Shown: positions 21,651 through 32,667 of the stretch, piece by piece
Numbering within the stretch: the first letter of the stretch is position 1
Layout: every line of letters starts with the position of its first letter
Virus record (IMG/VR): IMGVR_UViG_3300045970_000794
Coordinates: 124,001-188,000 of that record
Direction: 5' to 3' (one strand)
DNA length: 64,000 nt
Notes under the pieces: model-generated
Database searches by the model: none
Seen by the model: the letters and a program-made list of their open reading frames with translations, nothing else
Told to the model about the DNA's origin: nothing
Made by a program: the position numbers and the translations under genes

Positions 21651-22274
21651 TTAAGAATTATTATCTAACTCATCTAAATAACATAAATATGGGGTGTATT
21701 TTAAGCCATTATTAAGGTAAAACATATCATCATTATATTGTTCGGGTAATTCTTTTTGAGTTATTAACCCATTGGCTAATGCGCTGAAGTTTTCCTTAAC
21801 TTTTTCTGGGTCCTTGCCAGTAAACTTAGATAATTCTAGGTCAAATCCGAATATTATCCCATCACCGTATAAATAAATCATTCGATTATCGTGAATATAT
21901 CCAATTAATTTATCAATGCTTTTAAGTTTATCATATGTTTTGACTAGGCTATCATGTGATAGGTGAACTATATCAATGAAAAAATATATTATATCTGATT
22001 GTAGTTTTTCATAGCAAAAATTAACAAATAACTCAATATCAGATTCATATTCTCTAACCGCTTCACTTTTAGTGAATGTCCAATGAGTATTTTCATCAAT
22101 TTTACGGGTCTTAATTATTAATTCAGTATCTGGAAATAACCCACACGCATATTCATAACCAACAATTAGTGTTGGTATACCTTCATAACAATCATCTAGT
22201 GATGTGACCACATTAAAGCGGTCACTCACGTTAACTTTTTGTTTGGTTGAAACAATATTTCCGATTTTTTTCAC
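21651..22274 (-). CDS. Hypothetical protein
   Basis: 207 aa, GTG start, preceded by a perfect Bacteroidota-type promoter. Confidence 0.55.
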   Translation of the reverse strand: MKKIGNIVSTKQKVNVSDRFNVVTSLDDCYEGIPTLIVGYEYACGLFPDTELIIKTRKIDENTHWTFTKSEAVREYESDIELFVNFCYEKLQSDIIYFFIDIVHLSHDSLVKTYDKLKSIDKLIGYIHDNRMIYLYGDGIIFGFDLELSKFTGKDPEKVKENFSALANGLITQKELPEQYNDDMFYLNNGLKYTPYLCYLDELDNNS

Positions 22275-22278
22275 AGTA

Positions 22279-22310
22279 CAAATATACTATAAAAAAATTA
22301 AAAATACAAA
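22279..22310 (-). promoter_or_regulatory. Bacteroidota primary-sigma-type promoter (TTTG-N20-TAnnTTTG)
   Basis: Minus strand: TTTG (22307-22310), 20-nt spacer, TATATTTG (22279-22286), 5 nt before the GTG start. Confidence 0.65.
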
Positions 22311-25300
22311 TTAAACATATTCATCTGTCATATAATCACTATATTTTGGTACATATGCCGTCCATCCATAACGTGATAATGGTCTTGGTGATGGTGTACC
22401 ACTTAATGGTGGTGTTGGTGTGTCAAATGTAGTTTGTTTTTGTATTACTTGTACTGGGTCGTTAACAATCGATGATTTTAATTTATTACCACTACTATCA
22501 AGTTGACGTGAAGTTCCATTTACTAGTGGACTATTATCCCAAAACTGACTCTTATTAGTAGCTGTTCTAATTTCCAAATGTAAATGTGGTCCAGCAGTTA
22601 ATCCACCAAATGAATTACCAGCTGATGTTTTTGGACATGTAGTTGGATTTCCACCAGATTCTGCAATTTTTTGAGATTTTGTTACTTTAAGGTTGGTTGG
22701 GTACTTATAATTCGCACTACCATCTATTTGGTCATAATTACTAATACCAGCGGATGTTAATATTGCACTATCGATAGCATTCAAATGCCCATAAAGACTA
22801 AATACTTTTTCACCATTAACATCATGTTCAATTATCATATGTAAACCAAACCCACTTCCAATTCCAATATAATAAATCGTTCCATCTGAAATTGTATGAA
22901 CATTTGTGTCAACTGGACAATAAATATCAATACCATAATGTGGTGATGTATCACTCGCACCCCTTAATCCAATTGGTGAACCAATTTTATGTTTAACATC
23001 AACTGGATATACAGCATCTAATGCAAGTACAGTATCAGATTTCATTTCACCATCTTTAATCCATTGGTCGTCTTTATTTGTTGCGGTTGATAATGTACCA
23101 CCAAATATACCAGTCAATTGAGATTTAGTATTTACACTATTATTAATATCACCAATAAAATCACTAAAAATAGTGGATGCATCTAATAATTGAGTCTTTT
23201 CTCTTCTAATTCTAACACCTTTAAATTTAGTTGTCATATGATTAGGAGTTATTGAATGACTAGTTTTAATAATCCAATATGCACCTCTAAACATAGGGAT
23301 ATTATTCAATTGGAAATACATCATTGGTTGAATCATAGCATTACCTAAACATTCAACTTCACACGAATATGACCTAACCGAATATAAATTAAATAAATTT
23401 TGACCAATATGTGATTTATTGGTTGGTGAACCATTTTGTGCAATATCATCAATTATTTTTAACCCTTCATCAGTTTCAGTAAATTCTTGTTGGTCTAATA
23501 ACACATCTTTAAAAATGCTTTGGTTTTCATTACCATAATTAACAACAAATACTGGAACAGCTGTTGCATTAGATTCAAAGAAATCATCTGGAACACCAGT
23601 ACCATCTTTAACACCAAAATTAAACCCATCACTTTTAAAATTTGAATCCGAAAAATCTAAATGTTGTGAACGTTGACCTAAATAAACACAAATAAATGAT
23701 GGTCCAACAGTCATATTAGCACCATTAGCAACTTTATTATATGAATATGGGGTGAACATGGCCCTTAACTGTTTTTCTTCCTTAAAATTAACAAATGAAG
23801 GTAATGGAATGAAATCCATATAATTATCACTTAATATTCTACCGAATACATCATAGATGCTTTGATTGTAATTACCAACAATTAAATTAGCAATTGCTGC
23901 TGGGTTAATAAGTAAATCATTAGAAATATCAACATAACTCCTAGTTATAAATTTAAAAGTATCAATTAAGTGAGTATTACTATTATTTGTCCTACCAGCA
24001 CCATTACATGTTTCCCATGGATAATCGCCATTATTACCAGAAATCCATTTATCAAAAATCGCTTTAATATTTCGATAAATGTTTAATTTTAACATATTAT
24101 TATCAATGTTAGCATCAGTAAGCATTGTTGTTTCATTTTCTTCTTTTTTCTCACCAAGCTCATTAAGTTGGGCGAAAAATGCTGATAAATAATTTTCTAA
24201 GTCTTTTAAATCAATACTAATTGGGTATCTATTATGGTAATTTGAATATGTTGCTGGAAACGCATCTTTATTTGGGTCATCATGGGTTTGATTCCATATT
24301 CTCCATGTTGAATTAACAATTAAAATTGGTTTCTCAATGAAATTCATTAGTAAAGTATTGGTATTAGCTGATAATGCTGGATTTTTTATTGTTGGGTTGG
24401 CTAATAAATTAGGTTCAATACTTGAAATAAATTCAGTTGTTGCCCATGAGTTAAATAAATTAATAAACTCTTGTTTAACTTGCCATGGTAAATTAATTAT
24501 AACTCTCTCAATAGGTGATGGTGCTTCATCATGTCTAATAGTTAATGGCGCATACGCACCAGCACCACCTGGTGTTATATAGGTAAATTCATTGTAAATT
24601 AATTTAAAATTGTTTTGTTCAGCAACTGTTAATGTTCTACCATCACTTAATAATTTGTTATTAGCAATAAATATAATAGGGTCTGGTGTTTGGCTATATC
24701 TCCAAAGTATTCCACCTAAAAATAATGCCCAAGCATATGGTGCTCTAATTAATCCAGCCCTCTCTGAAAATAAACCTCTAATATCGTCTGGTCTTAAAAT
24801 ACCAATATAATCACCATTAGTTTCATATTTAAAAAAATCAGTAAAATTTAAATTACTAGTTGTATTTGATATTAATCCTTGAAATGGTAGTGAATGCAAA
24901 AATAAAAAAGCTTTTGCTTGTGGACTAGTTTGATGAGTATAAAAATCACTACCAAATAATGGTTTATAGTCATATCTATTAGTAGATATAATATCATTCC
25001 AAGAACCATATACAATACCATTAAAATATGATGAATTAGTGCCACCAGAAGTTCGATTATAAATAGCATCTCTATATGGCCATATTGGTGCTGCTGACAT
25101 GCCAGCACCGCCAGTACCACCACCAGGATGATAAATATAACTAGCCTCAGCTGGTGTTGTTATAATTTCAAAATATGTTTTTTCAGATGAGAAAAAATTA
25201 TATAACCCATCGTAAGAATCTAATTTACCATTTAATTCATAATCAATATTATAAAAATCCTGTGTTTTAAATGTAAAACCATTTGGCCTCCAATTTGAAT

Positions 25301-27878
25301 TATCTGGGTTTGGATATACTTTTAATTTATTTAATTCATTAGCTTTCATACCAGTATCAAATTTATCACTTTTATACCCATTTTTTGTTAATATTTTTTC
25401 ATAAATCTCTTCATCATAGCCAATAGTACTAGCATATTTTTTATATTCATCCCATGGAAGAATTTTAACATAAGTAGCACCATCTAAATTTAATTCATCA
25501 GCATTGGCTCTAGTGTATTTAGTAATAGTGTTAGTTGGATTAGTACTTGAATAATTTGGTGTTACACAATTACCAAAAATAGTTGATTTTAATTCTAATT
25601 GTTTTAATTCATCTCTAGATTTTAAATTATTAAAACTTTCATAGAAATAATTACCAGTCACTATTTTTTTATCATCACCAACATTATTTATATTTTCACT
25701 TCTTAATGGAATGTAAACTCTATAATGATTAGTTATTGGTATTGTAGCTGCGTCTTTTATGAATGTGTATTCATAATAATTACTAGTGGGTGATTTATAT
25801 ATAACTTTTGGTCTAGAAGTTTGTGTTGGTTTATCAACAAGTGTTTCATTGTTTTGTGCTATAGCATCATTAATTAATAAATTAGCAGCTGCTGATGTAT
25901 TAACTGATTTATAATATCTATCTTTTATAAATGCTAACATTTTTACTGGTGCATATCTATAAAGATTTGTAGCTTCTAATGCGCCCATTGTCTTTATTTC
26001 AAAATCAGTTAAATTACGATTACTATAACCCATAAATATAAATGCTCGCTCTAATATCAACAACATCATATCCCAATATTTTTCACCTCTAATATCAGTA
26101 TTTAACGTTAAATTAAATGGATTATATGATTTAGCTAACATAGTATCCATTGGATTTACAGGGAACCAACCATCTTTTGCATTGGTTTGAGAATTGAGAT
26201 ATTCTTGGTCTTGTCTAGCTGATTTTAATATACCATCCAATAATTCATTAATAAATTGAACCTCAGTTATTTTATCATGATTAGCAATTGTACCTAACCA
26301 TTCTTCATTATTAGTGGCATCACTATATTTTGGAAATGGCAAAATATCTTTATCTTTTGGATTTGTATAATCAAAATATTTAGTGTGATTTTTAAGTGTA
26401 GCTGTTCTATCAGAACTTTTTTTAGCATTGTCAGCAACTTCACTTATTCGCTGTAATAATACCTCACAACTAGTTGTGAATATTTCAAAAATATTTTTAA
26501 TCGATGGAGTAAATGTTAATGCCCGTGTTACTTGGTCTTTAACTGCATCAGATACCTTTTTTTTATTTAATTTTAACGCTTCTAATGAATCGAACTCAGT
26601 TGTAACCACTTCTTTATCCGCTTCTCTTAAATCAAACACTAATAAATTATTAAATGTTTTTAATTCAGTTGATATATTAGCCAAAGCAATTGCATCAATA
26701 CCATTAATAGGACCACCAGATGGTAATAATAAATCATTATATTTAAGTTCGGTCATCCTTCCACCTCTTAATTTAAATAATGATGGTGTAAATTTAGATG
26801 ATGGTAATTGTGAGTTAATAGTAGTAATCGTATTTTCAATATCAGTATCGTATCTATCAACAATTTCATCAATTTCGCTTTGTTTACTACTACTAGGTTT
26901 TTTAATTACAATTAGCCCAGATACTGGTGACGATATTTCACTAGCATTACCAACACTTGTTTGAATATCATCATAAAATGATTTAGTCTCTGTTTTTATA
27001 TCATCAATAAGTGACAAAATTGAATTTAAAACACCATTTTGTGTTATGGATGGGTCAGAATCTGATAATTGTTGTATTGAAATGGTTAATTTATCAACTT
27101 GTCTAATCAATTCATTAATTGATATTATATGGTTTGAATCTCTGGTCGCACCAACATCAGATTTAATACTTTCTAATATTTTTTTACCAGCATCGGTTTC
27201 CTCTACACCTCTTAAATAACCAACTAACATGTCAGTTAAAAATGCATATGTATATCCAATAAAATCACATGATATTTCGAAATTACCAGTTTTTGAATTA
27301 AATTTTGATGTAAATTTAGTTAAATGAAGACAATATTGAACTTGCATTCCATAATAACCCTTTATTTTCAAACTAAATATTGGATATGGTAATTCAAAAA
27401 ATACTCTATATTGTGAATTCATACCAGCGGCAAATATACTACCACCTCTAACATCAATCATTTCAATATGAATCATTGGTGCGTATGATGTATTAAATTC
27501 AATATTAATACTAGTAATACCTAGTGCTTCAGCATTACCCCCACTTTGACTAAGTTTAGCATCAATGTCAGTATAATTAGTTGTTAATGAATTACGAACT
27601 CGACTATTACCATCAGTACCTACAACATTACTTTCAGAACCTTTAATGAAATTAACTGACATGCTTTTGTTATTACTATTATCAACATAACCACCACCAT
27701 TACCAGTTGCTAGAATAATTGTTCTAGCTTTTTTTGCAGTTGTTAATTCAACATTAATACATAATTCTTCCAATGGCATTGAATGTCTATCATATATTTG
27801 CCCTTTTTCATTTTCTAATTGGTTTGGGTCTACAATTAAAACCCTACCATATCCATTTGATAATAATTTATCTTCCAT
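22311..27878 (-). CDS. Baseplate hub (gp27/VgrG-like) fused to a C-terminal M23 peptidase
   Basis: N-terminal LGITSINIEFNTSYAPMIHIEMIDVRG, then YSCEVECLGNAMIQPMMYFQL and GAYWIIKTSHSIT (hub-like). M23 motifs HYGIDIY and HLHLEIR. Confidence 0.72.
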   Translation of the reverse strand: MEDKLLSNGYGRVLIVDPNQLENEKGQIYDRHSMPLEELCINVELTTAKKARTIILATGNGGGYVDNSNNKSMSVNFIKGSESNVVGTDGNSRVRNSLTTNYTDIDAKLSQSGGNAEALGITSINIEFNTSYAPMIHIEMIDVRGGSIFAAGMNSQYRVFFELPYPIFSLKIKGYYGMQVQYCLHLTKFTSKFNSKTGNFEISCDFIGYTYAFLTDMLVGYLRGVEETDAGKKILESIKSDVGATRDSNHIISINELIRQVDKLTISIQQLSDSDPSITQNGVLNSILSLIDDIKTETKSFYDDIQTSVGNASEISSPVSGLIVIKKPSSSKQSEIDEIVDRYDTDIENTITTINSQLPSSKFTPSLFKLRGGRMTELKYNDLLLPSGGPINGIDAIALANISTELKTFNNLLVFDLREADKEVVTTEFDSLEALKLNKKKVSDAVKDQVTRALTFTPSIKNIFEIFTTSCEVLLQRISEVADNAKKSSDRTATLKNHTKYFDYTNPKDKDILPFPKYSDATNNEEWLGTIANHDKITEVQFINELLDGILKSARQDQEYLNSQTNAKDGWFPVNPMDTMLAKSYNPFNLTLNTDIRGEKYWDMMLLILERAFIFMGYSNRNLTDFEIKTMGALEATNLYRYAPVKMLAFIKDRYYKSVNTSAAANLLINDAIAQNNETLVDKPTQTSRPKVIYKSPTSNYYEYTFIKDAATIPITNHYRVYIPLRSENINNVGDDKKIVTGNYFYESFNNLKSRDELKQLELKSTIFGNCVTPNYSSTNPTNTITKYTRANADELNLDGATYVKILPWDEYKKYASTIGYDEEIYEKILTKNGYKSDKFDTGMKANELNKLKVYPNPDNSNWRPNGFTFKTQDFYNIDYELNGKLDSYDGLYNFFSSEKTYFEIITTPAEASYIYHPGGGTGGAGMSAAPIWPYRDAIYNRTSGGTNSSYFNGIVYGSWNDIISTNRYDYKPLFGSDFYTHQTSPQAKAFLFLHSLPFQGLISNTTSNLNFTDFFKYETNGDYIGILRPDDIRGLFSERAGLIRAPYAWALFLGGILWRYSQTPDPIIFIANNKLLSDGRTLTVAEQNNFKLIYNEFTYITPGGAGAYAPLTIRHDEAPSPIERVIINLPWQVKQEFINLFNSWATTEFISSIEPNLLANPTIKNPALSANTNTLLMNFIEKPILIVNSTWRIWNQTHDDPNKDAFPATYSNYHNRYPISIDLKDLENYLSAFFAQLNELGEKKEENETTMLTDANIDNNMLKLNIYRNIKAIFDKWISGNNGDYPWETCNGAGRTNNSNTHLIDTFKFITRSYVDISNDLLINPAAIANLIVGNYNQSIYDVFGRILSDNYMDFIPLPSFVNFKEEKQLRAMFTPYSYNKVANGANMTVGPSFICVYLGQRSQHLDFSDSNFKSDGFNFGVKDGTGVPDDFFESNATAVPVFVVNYGNENQSIFKDVLLDQQEFTETDEGLKIIDDIAQNGSPTNKSHIGQNLFNLYSVRSYSCEVECLGNAMIQPMMYFQLNNIPMFRGAYWIIKTSHSITPNHMTTKFKGVRIRREKTQLLDASTIFSDFIGDINNSVNTKSQLTGIFGGTLSTATNKDDQWIKDGEMKSDTVLALDAVYPVDVKHKIGSPIGLRGASDTSPHYGIDIYCPVDTNVHTISDGTIYYIGIGSGFGLHMIIEHDVNGEKVFSLYGHLNAIDSAILTSAGISNYDQIDGSANYKYPTNLKVTKSQKIAESGGNPTTCPKTSAGNSFGGLTAGPHLHLEIRTATNKSQFWDNSPLVNGTSRQLDSSGNKLKSSIVNDPVQVIQKQTTFDTPTPPLSGTPSPRPLSRYGWTAYVPKYSDYMTDEYV

Positions 27879-28191
27879 TTAATTCAATGTGTTTGTTAAC
27901 TTTATTTTCATAGATTTCCAAAGATTTATTAAATGGAAACGGTACTGTTAAAACCGTTCCATCTGGTATATTAAATTCTAAGCCACCATATTGTGGATTT
28001 GCTGCAAGAATTAACCATCCGTGGAAAGGATTATTATAATACGTTTGACTTATTTTGTCAAGTCTAGTAACTCCTAAACGATAAAGAATTTGTTTATCAC
28101 CTTGTTTAGGTTCTAAAAATATACCAGGAACTGGTTTTATATCACCATTGGCTCTAAATGCCTCATATCTATCGAAATATCCTCTTCCCAT
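27868..28191 (-). CDS. LysM-like baseplate protein (gp53 / P2 gpX-like)
   Basis: RLDKISQTYYNNPFHGWLILAANP...IPDGTVLTVP. Confidence 0.7.
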   Translation of the reverse strand: MGRGYFDRYEAFRANGDIKPVPGIFLEPKQGDKQILYRLGVTRLDKISQTYYNNPFHGWLILAANPQYGGLEFNIPDGTVLTVPFPFNKSLEIYENKVNKHIELNGR

Positions 28192-28193
28192 AA

Positions 28194-31100
28194 TTAACTT
28201 GTTTTAACAATTGTCATTTTACCACCACATTCGTTAGTTGAACTCAATAATTTTACATTAAGCATCGTAGAAACTTCCGTTTTTTGATACCCAGTACCTT
28301 CTGGTGCAACATATTTAACTTTAATTGCATGATTACCTTTTGATATTGTTTTACCATCTAAATAATATACAATTTTATCTGATTCAGTATGTGGTTCATC
28401 AAAATCACCTTCAAAATATAATACATCAGTTCCTATATCAGTAGTAGTACCATTAAAAATATAAAACTTAAATCTTCCAGGTGGTAATTCAGTATAATTA
28501 TCATCATTAATTTTAAATTCAACCCTAATTTCAGAACTAGAACCAGCCGTTGTATACCAAAAATTAAAGTCAACAGTTATACCACTTGTTGAAGCCATTG
28601 GATTGATTATAATATCTTCATTTTTCTTTCCTTCAATTTGATTAATACTCCTTGGCTTTGCTTTTGTCATATTACCATAAATGTCAGTACGGTCAGTATT
28701 TACATTACTATCCCATTGTCTATTTGTTCCATGTTTATAACCTTCTTTTAATTTACCATTTTCAATATAATCGGGTCTTTCACTATAAACTTCATTATTA
28801 GCAAAGAAATTAAATGATACAGCATTTTGTAATCGATTAATTGGACCTTGTAAACTTGAGCCCCCAACAAATTTAAAATTTAAATCAACTGTTGCTAACA
28901 TTGGTTGAACACCAATACCTTCTGGGTTTAAATCCCAAACTAATGGTTCGTATGTGAAATTAATTGAATCAATAACAATTTTAGTATGGTAAAAATCACC
29001 AATCCTTAAAATACAAACTGGTGGCCTACCAAATGCTAAATTTTCTGGGTTTGATGAATTTTCACCTGTTGAACCTTGTCTACCACATTGTTGTAAGAAA
29101 GTTAGTCTACTATTTAAACCTTCTGGTGTTGTCGAATGAAATGCTGGGTGGAACCATCTTAACTTTTGGCGAATATCATCATAAACATATTTGTTAATAT
29201 CCTGTAATTTAAAGAAATATTCAGCTTCATCAATATACTTAGATTTGCGAAGACTCATATTTAAATCTTCAGTTAAAAATTCGTCATCAATTATGTCTGG
29301 TGTTAATGCCCCATCTAAACTAGGGTCATAATAAAAATATAAATCAACTTTTCTAGCCATAATATCTTCTTTAGTAATAACTTGTGCTATATAATATTGT
29401 TCTTCACTCATACCATTTTTTGGAATAACTGGCACTGTTATAACACCTGTTTTTACAATCTTAACTCTTTTTTCAGCATCTAGTATATTTGCCTTTTTAA
29501 ATTTATCAATTAAAAATGTTCGTAAAGAATTAGCTCTATCTTTAGCTAAATTTTCATTATTAACTTCACCAGAACTACTAGCATAACCCTTAATATTTAC
29601 ACTTAAAGCTCCATTTTTACAAGAATTAAGTATTTTTTTAAATGTTTCATCATTTATTAATAAATTATGCCATGAATATTCACCAGTATCATTTAACATA
29701 TAAGATGTTGGATATGGGATATTATGCTGACCATATGGTGATTCTTCTTTAAATGTTTTAACACCATTTGCAGTTTCATAAATTGATGACCATGTTAAAT
29801 CGCTGACCGAATAAACTGCATTTGGAAAATAAACAGTTATTAATTGATTGTATGATAAATTACTTATTTTATTTTGACCCTCAGTTGCTTGTTTTACCTC
29901 CATAGCTGACAATTCAGCATTAGTCAATCTCATTTTAATGCTTGGTGGTAGTGTTTTACAGCCAGCCATTATATCTTCAATCTGATATTTTTCAGATGTA
30001 AATCTCAAATCATTTAACATTGAAGGGTGGTCGGCAATTACTTTAAATTGTAATGTGCCAGTTCTTTCAGTATTGCTATAAGTATAAATCGGTTCACTTC
30101 TTCCAATGAAAGTTGTTGTTTCCCAATTAACACTAGTACTATCAGTGAAATTAATATCATATGGTGGGAACCACATTATTCTACCCTTCATTGCTGGATT
30201 TAATGGGTCACCTGGTCCTTTTTCTGAATTAGGTAGATTATAATAGTCATCGGCCCACGCTAAATTTTCAATTGAAAGCATAAATCGTTTCATATTTAAA
30301 TTACCATCATTACTATCACCATAATATGGACTAACTCTTGCAAATCCATTATCATCCAATACGGATAAATGTCTATTATTTCTATGTACTGTACCAACAT
30401 CTAATCCTCTATGTTTCTGTAAATCACCAACACGGTTATATTGCTTTAATGTACTCCATGTTCTGCAAAATCTTCCATCTTCACCTTGAATTGCGCTACC
30501 TTTACTTATTGTTAAATCACCACAATTGTTTACCCTACCACCTGTTTGAATTTGGTCATATGCATCATTAGCAATTTTAGAATGTGAATTAACCATAGTA
30601 TCAATTTTTCCACTTTTGAATAATTCATAAGTTTTGTATAGAATACTACTTTTGTTTTTATATGGGTTAGGTGCTTCATATGCCGATACTGGCATTGTTG
30701 TACCGATTGGTGATTTATCACTACCACGTTTATAATCTGGCCAAACTTGATATTCTTGTTGTGATTCAACTACTGGTTGTCCATCAATAGTTTCATTTGT
30801 CATTAAATAAAAACTTCCAAATGGATTATCACTAGCTACGCTGTCTGGATAATTGTAAATATTACCATTGGTTCCATCTTTTTCTAATCTTTTATCACTA
30901 TAAGCTGGACGATACATGTTAATATCTAAGTTAGCAAATAACGCAATCACTTGGCCTTTACCAGTATTCTTAATTAATTCATTTTCACTTCTGATTTGTG
31001 TTTGAGTAGAACCCAATGTTGGTGCATATGTCCATGAATCAGCATCCATACCACTTGCTGGTGCTTGAAAGCCCATAAGTTTTGAAGTGAAATCTAAAGC

Positions 31101-32381
31101 TTTACCTAATGAAGTTTCAGATACAGTAATATCATAATTTGGTATTATTAAATCATGTCCAGTTAATAAACTCAATGGATTTAAATTAACATGTCCTATA
31201 GTTTCTTGTTGTAAATTGAAAGCTGCATTATTAGCTAAAGCAAATGCTAATTGTTGAGCACCAATACGACCTAATTCAGTATCATTGATAATTCCAATAG
31301 TTCCTAATGTTCTACCAGCTAACGTACTCCTTAAATCAAAATTAGTAACTAAACCATTTTGACTAAATCCTAAACTACCTGTTAATAAGCTTCCAATTAT
31401 ATCAGCTGGTTGTGTATCATAACCACCAACATTTAATTTATGTTTATCATCCAGATACTCAGTAGTTTGATTAGCTACATCACCTGGTACTCTACTTCCA
31501 ACGTCAACTGTAGTTTCATTATTGAAAGTATATTTATTCTTACCCATTAATGAATCCCTAAGATAATTACCAGCATTGCTTAAATTTGATACTAAATCAA
31601 CACCAGTTTTAGGATATGTTAAAGGGTGAGTATATTGTGGGAGTGGAACAATATTACCACTTGCATCAATTAAATCTGATTGAGTCATTGGTAATGTAAA
31701 ATTCTCATTAATATCAGTATAGGACCATGGCTGGCCTGATTGATATATGTTTGAATTCATAGCTTCTTCTCTTCTAATATCAGTTGAAGGACTTTCAATA
31801 GCATTTGGATTTTGTCCTACTTGCGCTAGTGTTGGTGATATACCTACTTGTACTTGGCTTCCGATAGCATCCAAACTATTTAATGTTGATAATAAATAAG
31901 GACTATTAGCTACCGTATCCAATATTAAATTTTGAGCTAATAATACAGTTCTTCTTTGAGTAGCAACATTATCAATCTCAATTGATGATTGAGTATGAAT
32001 AGTTCCATTAGTTATAAATTGCTGTGATTCAGTATCAACGAATTGTCCTAATGCATCATTCGCATTTAAAAAAGTATTATAATAACCATTCTGAATAATA
32101 GCATCGGCATATAAATCATTATTAAAGGCTTCAGCTCGTTTTTGATTGGCTACGTTGGTAATCTCAATTGATGATTGAATATGGCCACTAACAGGGTCTG
32201 AAATGAATTCTTGGGCAGTTATATCAACTGGCATACCAATAACGTCATTACTATGTAACATAACGTTATAATAAGCATTTTGAACAACAGCGTCAACTTG
32301 CAAATTTCTTAATAATAAATAATCTCTAATTTGTGGTGAACATGTATTAATATCACCGATACAGCTATAAGGAATTGGCAT
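28194..32381 (-). CDS. Baseplate/tail tube initiator-like protein with an inserted OmpA-like domain
   Basis: WFPPYDINFTDSTSVNWETTTFIGRSEPIYTYSNTERTG and PPVCILRIGDFYHTKIVIDSINFTYE (tube-initiator-like). OmpA-like IKGYASSSG...NENLAKDRANS...RKVDL. Confidence 0.62.
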   Translation of the reverse strand: MPIPYSCIGDINTCSPQIRDYLLLRNLQVDAVVQNAYYNVMLHSNDVIGMPVDITAQEFISDPVSGHIQSSIEITNVANQKRAEAFNNDLYADAIIQNGYYNTFLNANDALGQFVDTESQQFITNGTIHTQSSIEIDNVATQRRTVLLAQNLILDTVANSPYLLSTLNSLDAIGSQVQVGISPTLAQVGQNPNAIESPSTDIRREEAMNSNIYQSGQPWSYTDINENFTLPMTQSDLIDASGNIVPLPQYTHPLTYPKTGVDLVSNLSNAGNYLRDSLMGKNKYTFNNETTVDVGSRVPGDVANQTTEYLDDKHKLNVGGYDTQPADIIGSLLTGSLGFSQNGLVTNFDLRSTLAGRTLGTIGIINDTELGRIGAQQLAFALANNAAFNLQQETIGHVNLNPLSLLTGHDLIIPNYDITVSETSLGKALDFTSKLMGFQAPASGMDADSWTYAPTLGSTQTQIRSENELIKNTGKGQVIALFANLDINMYRPAYSDKRLEKDGTNGNIYNYPDSVASDNPFGSFYLMTNETIDGQPVVESQQEYQVWPDYKRGSDKSPIGTTMPVSAYEAPNPYKNKSSILYKTYELFKSGKIDTMVNSHSKIANDAYDQIQTGGRVNNCGDLTISKGSAIQGEDGRFCRTWSTLKQYNRVGDLQKHRGLDVGTVHRNNRHLSVLDDNGFARVSPYYGDSNDGNLNMKRFMLSIENLAWADDYYNLPNSEKGPGDPLNPAMKGRIMWFPPYDINFTDSTSVNWETTTFIGRSEPIYTYSNTERTGTLQFKVIADHPSMLNDLRFTSEKYQIEDIMAGCKTLPPSIKMRLTNAELSAMEVKQATEGQNKISNLSYNQLITVYFPNAVYSVSDLTWSSIYETANGVKTFKEESPYGQHNIPYPTSYMLNDTGEYSWHNLLINDETFKKILNSCKNGALSVNIKGYASSSGEVNNENLAKDRANSLRTFLIDKFKKANILDAEKRVKIVKTGVITVPVIPKNGMSEEQYYIAQVITKEDIMARKVDLYFYYDPSLDGALTPDIIDDEFLTEDLNMSLRKSKYIDEAEYFFKLQDINKYVYDDIRQKLRWFHPAFHSTTPEGLNSRLTFLQQCGRQGSTGENSSNPENLAFGRPPVCILRIGDFYHTKIVIDSINFTYEPLVWDLNPEGIGVQPMLATVDLNFKFVGGSSLQGPINRLQNAVSFNFFANNEVYSERPDYIENGKLKEGYKHGTNRQWDSNVNTDRTDIYGNMTKAKPRSINQIEGKKNEDIIINPMASTSGITVDFNFWYTTAGSSSEIRVEFKINDDNYTELPPGRFKFYIFNGTTTDIGTDVLYFEGDFDEPHTESDKIVYYLDGKTISKGNHAIKVKYVAPEGTGYQKTEVSTMLNVKLLSSTNECGGKMTIVKTS

Positions 32382-32490
32382 AATATTAGTTTTTTATATA
32401 AATACCAACTTAATGAAAATTTTGACAAAATAAATAGTAAAAATATTTAAGAATAAATTGCGATGGGATAATAATATAATAATAAAGTAG

Positions 32491-32576
32491 ATATTATAGT
32501 AATATTATAGTATATTTGTATTATTATTATATATTATAGTAATTATTATAGTAATATTTATTGTAATTATTATAGT
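32491..32576. repeat. Five copies of WTATTATAGT in a ~285-bp non-coding AT-rich gap
   Basis: Copies at 32491, 32502, 32531, 32543 and 32567. Confidence 0.6.
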
Positions 32577-32667
32577 AGTTTTGTATTATATAAAAGAAAG
32601 TAAATTTTTTGGTAAATGTCAAGTAAAATCTTAATTATTTACTAACAAAATTATAATATACTCAATA

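Noticed and set aside
32491-32576. CRISPR array
   Set aside because: The repeats are only 10 bp with 1-19 nt spacing, no unique spacers of CRISPR length, and no cas genes.
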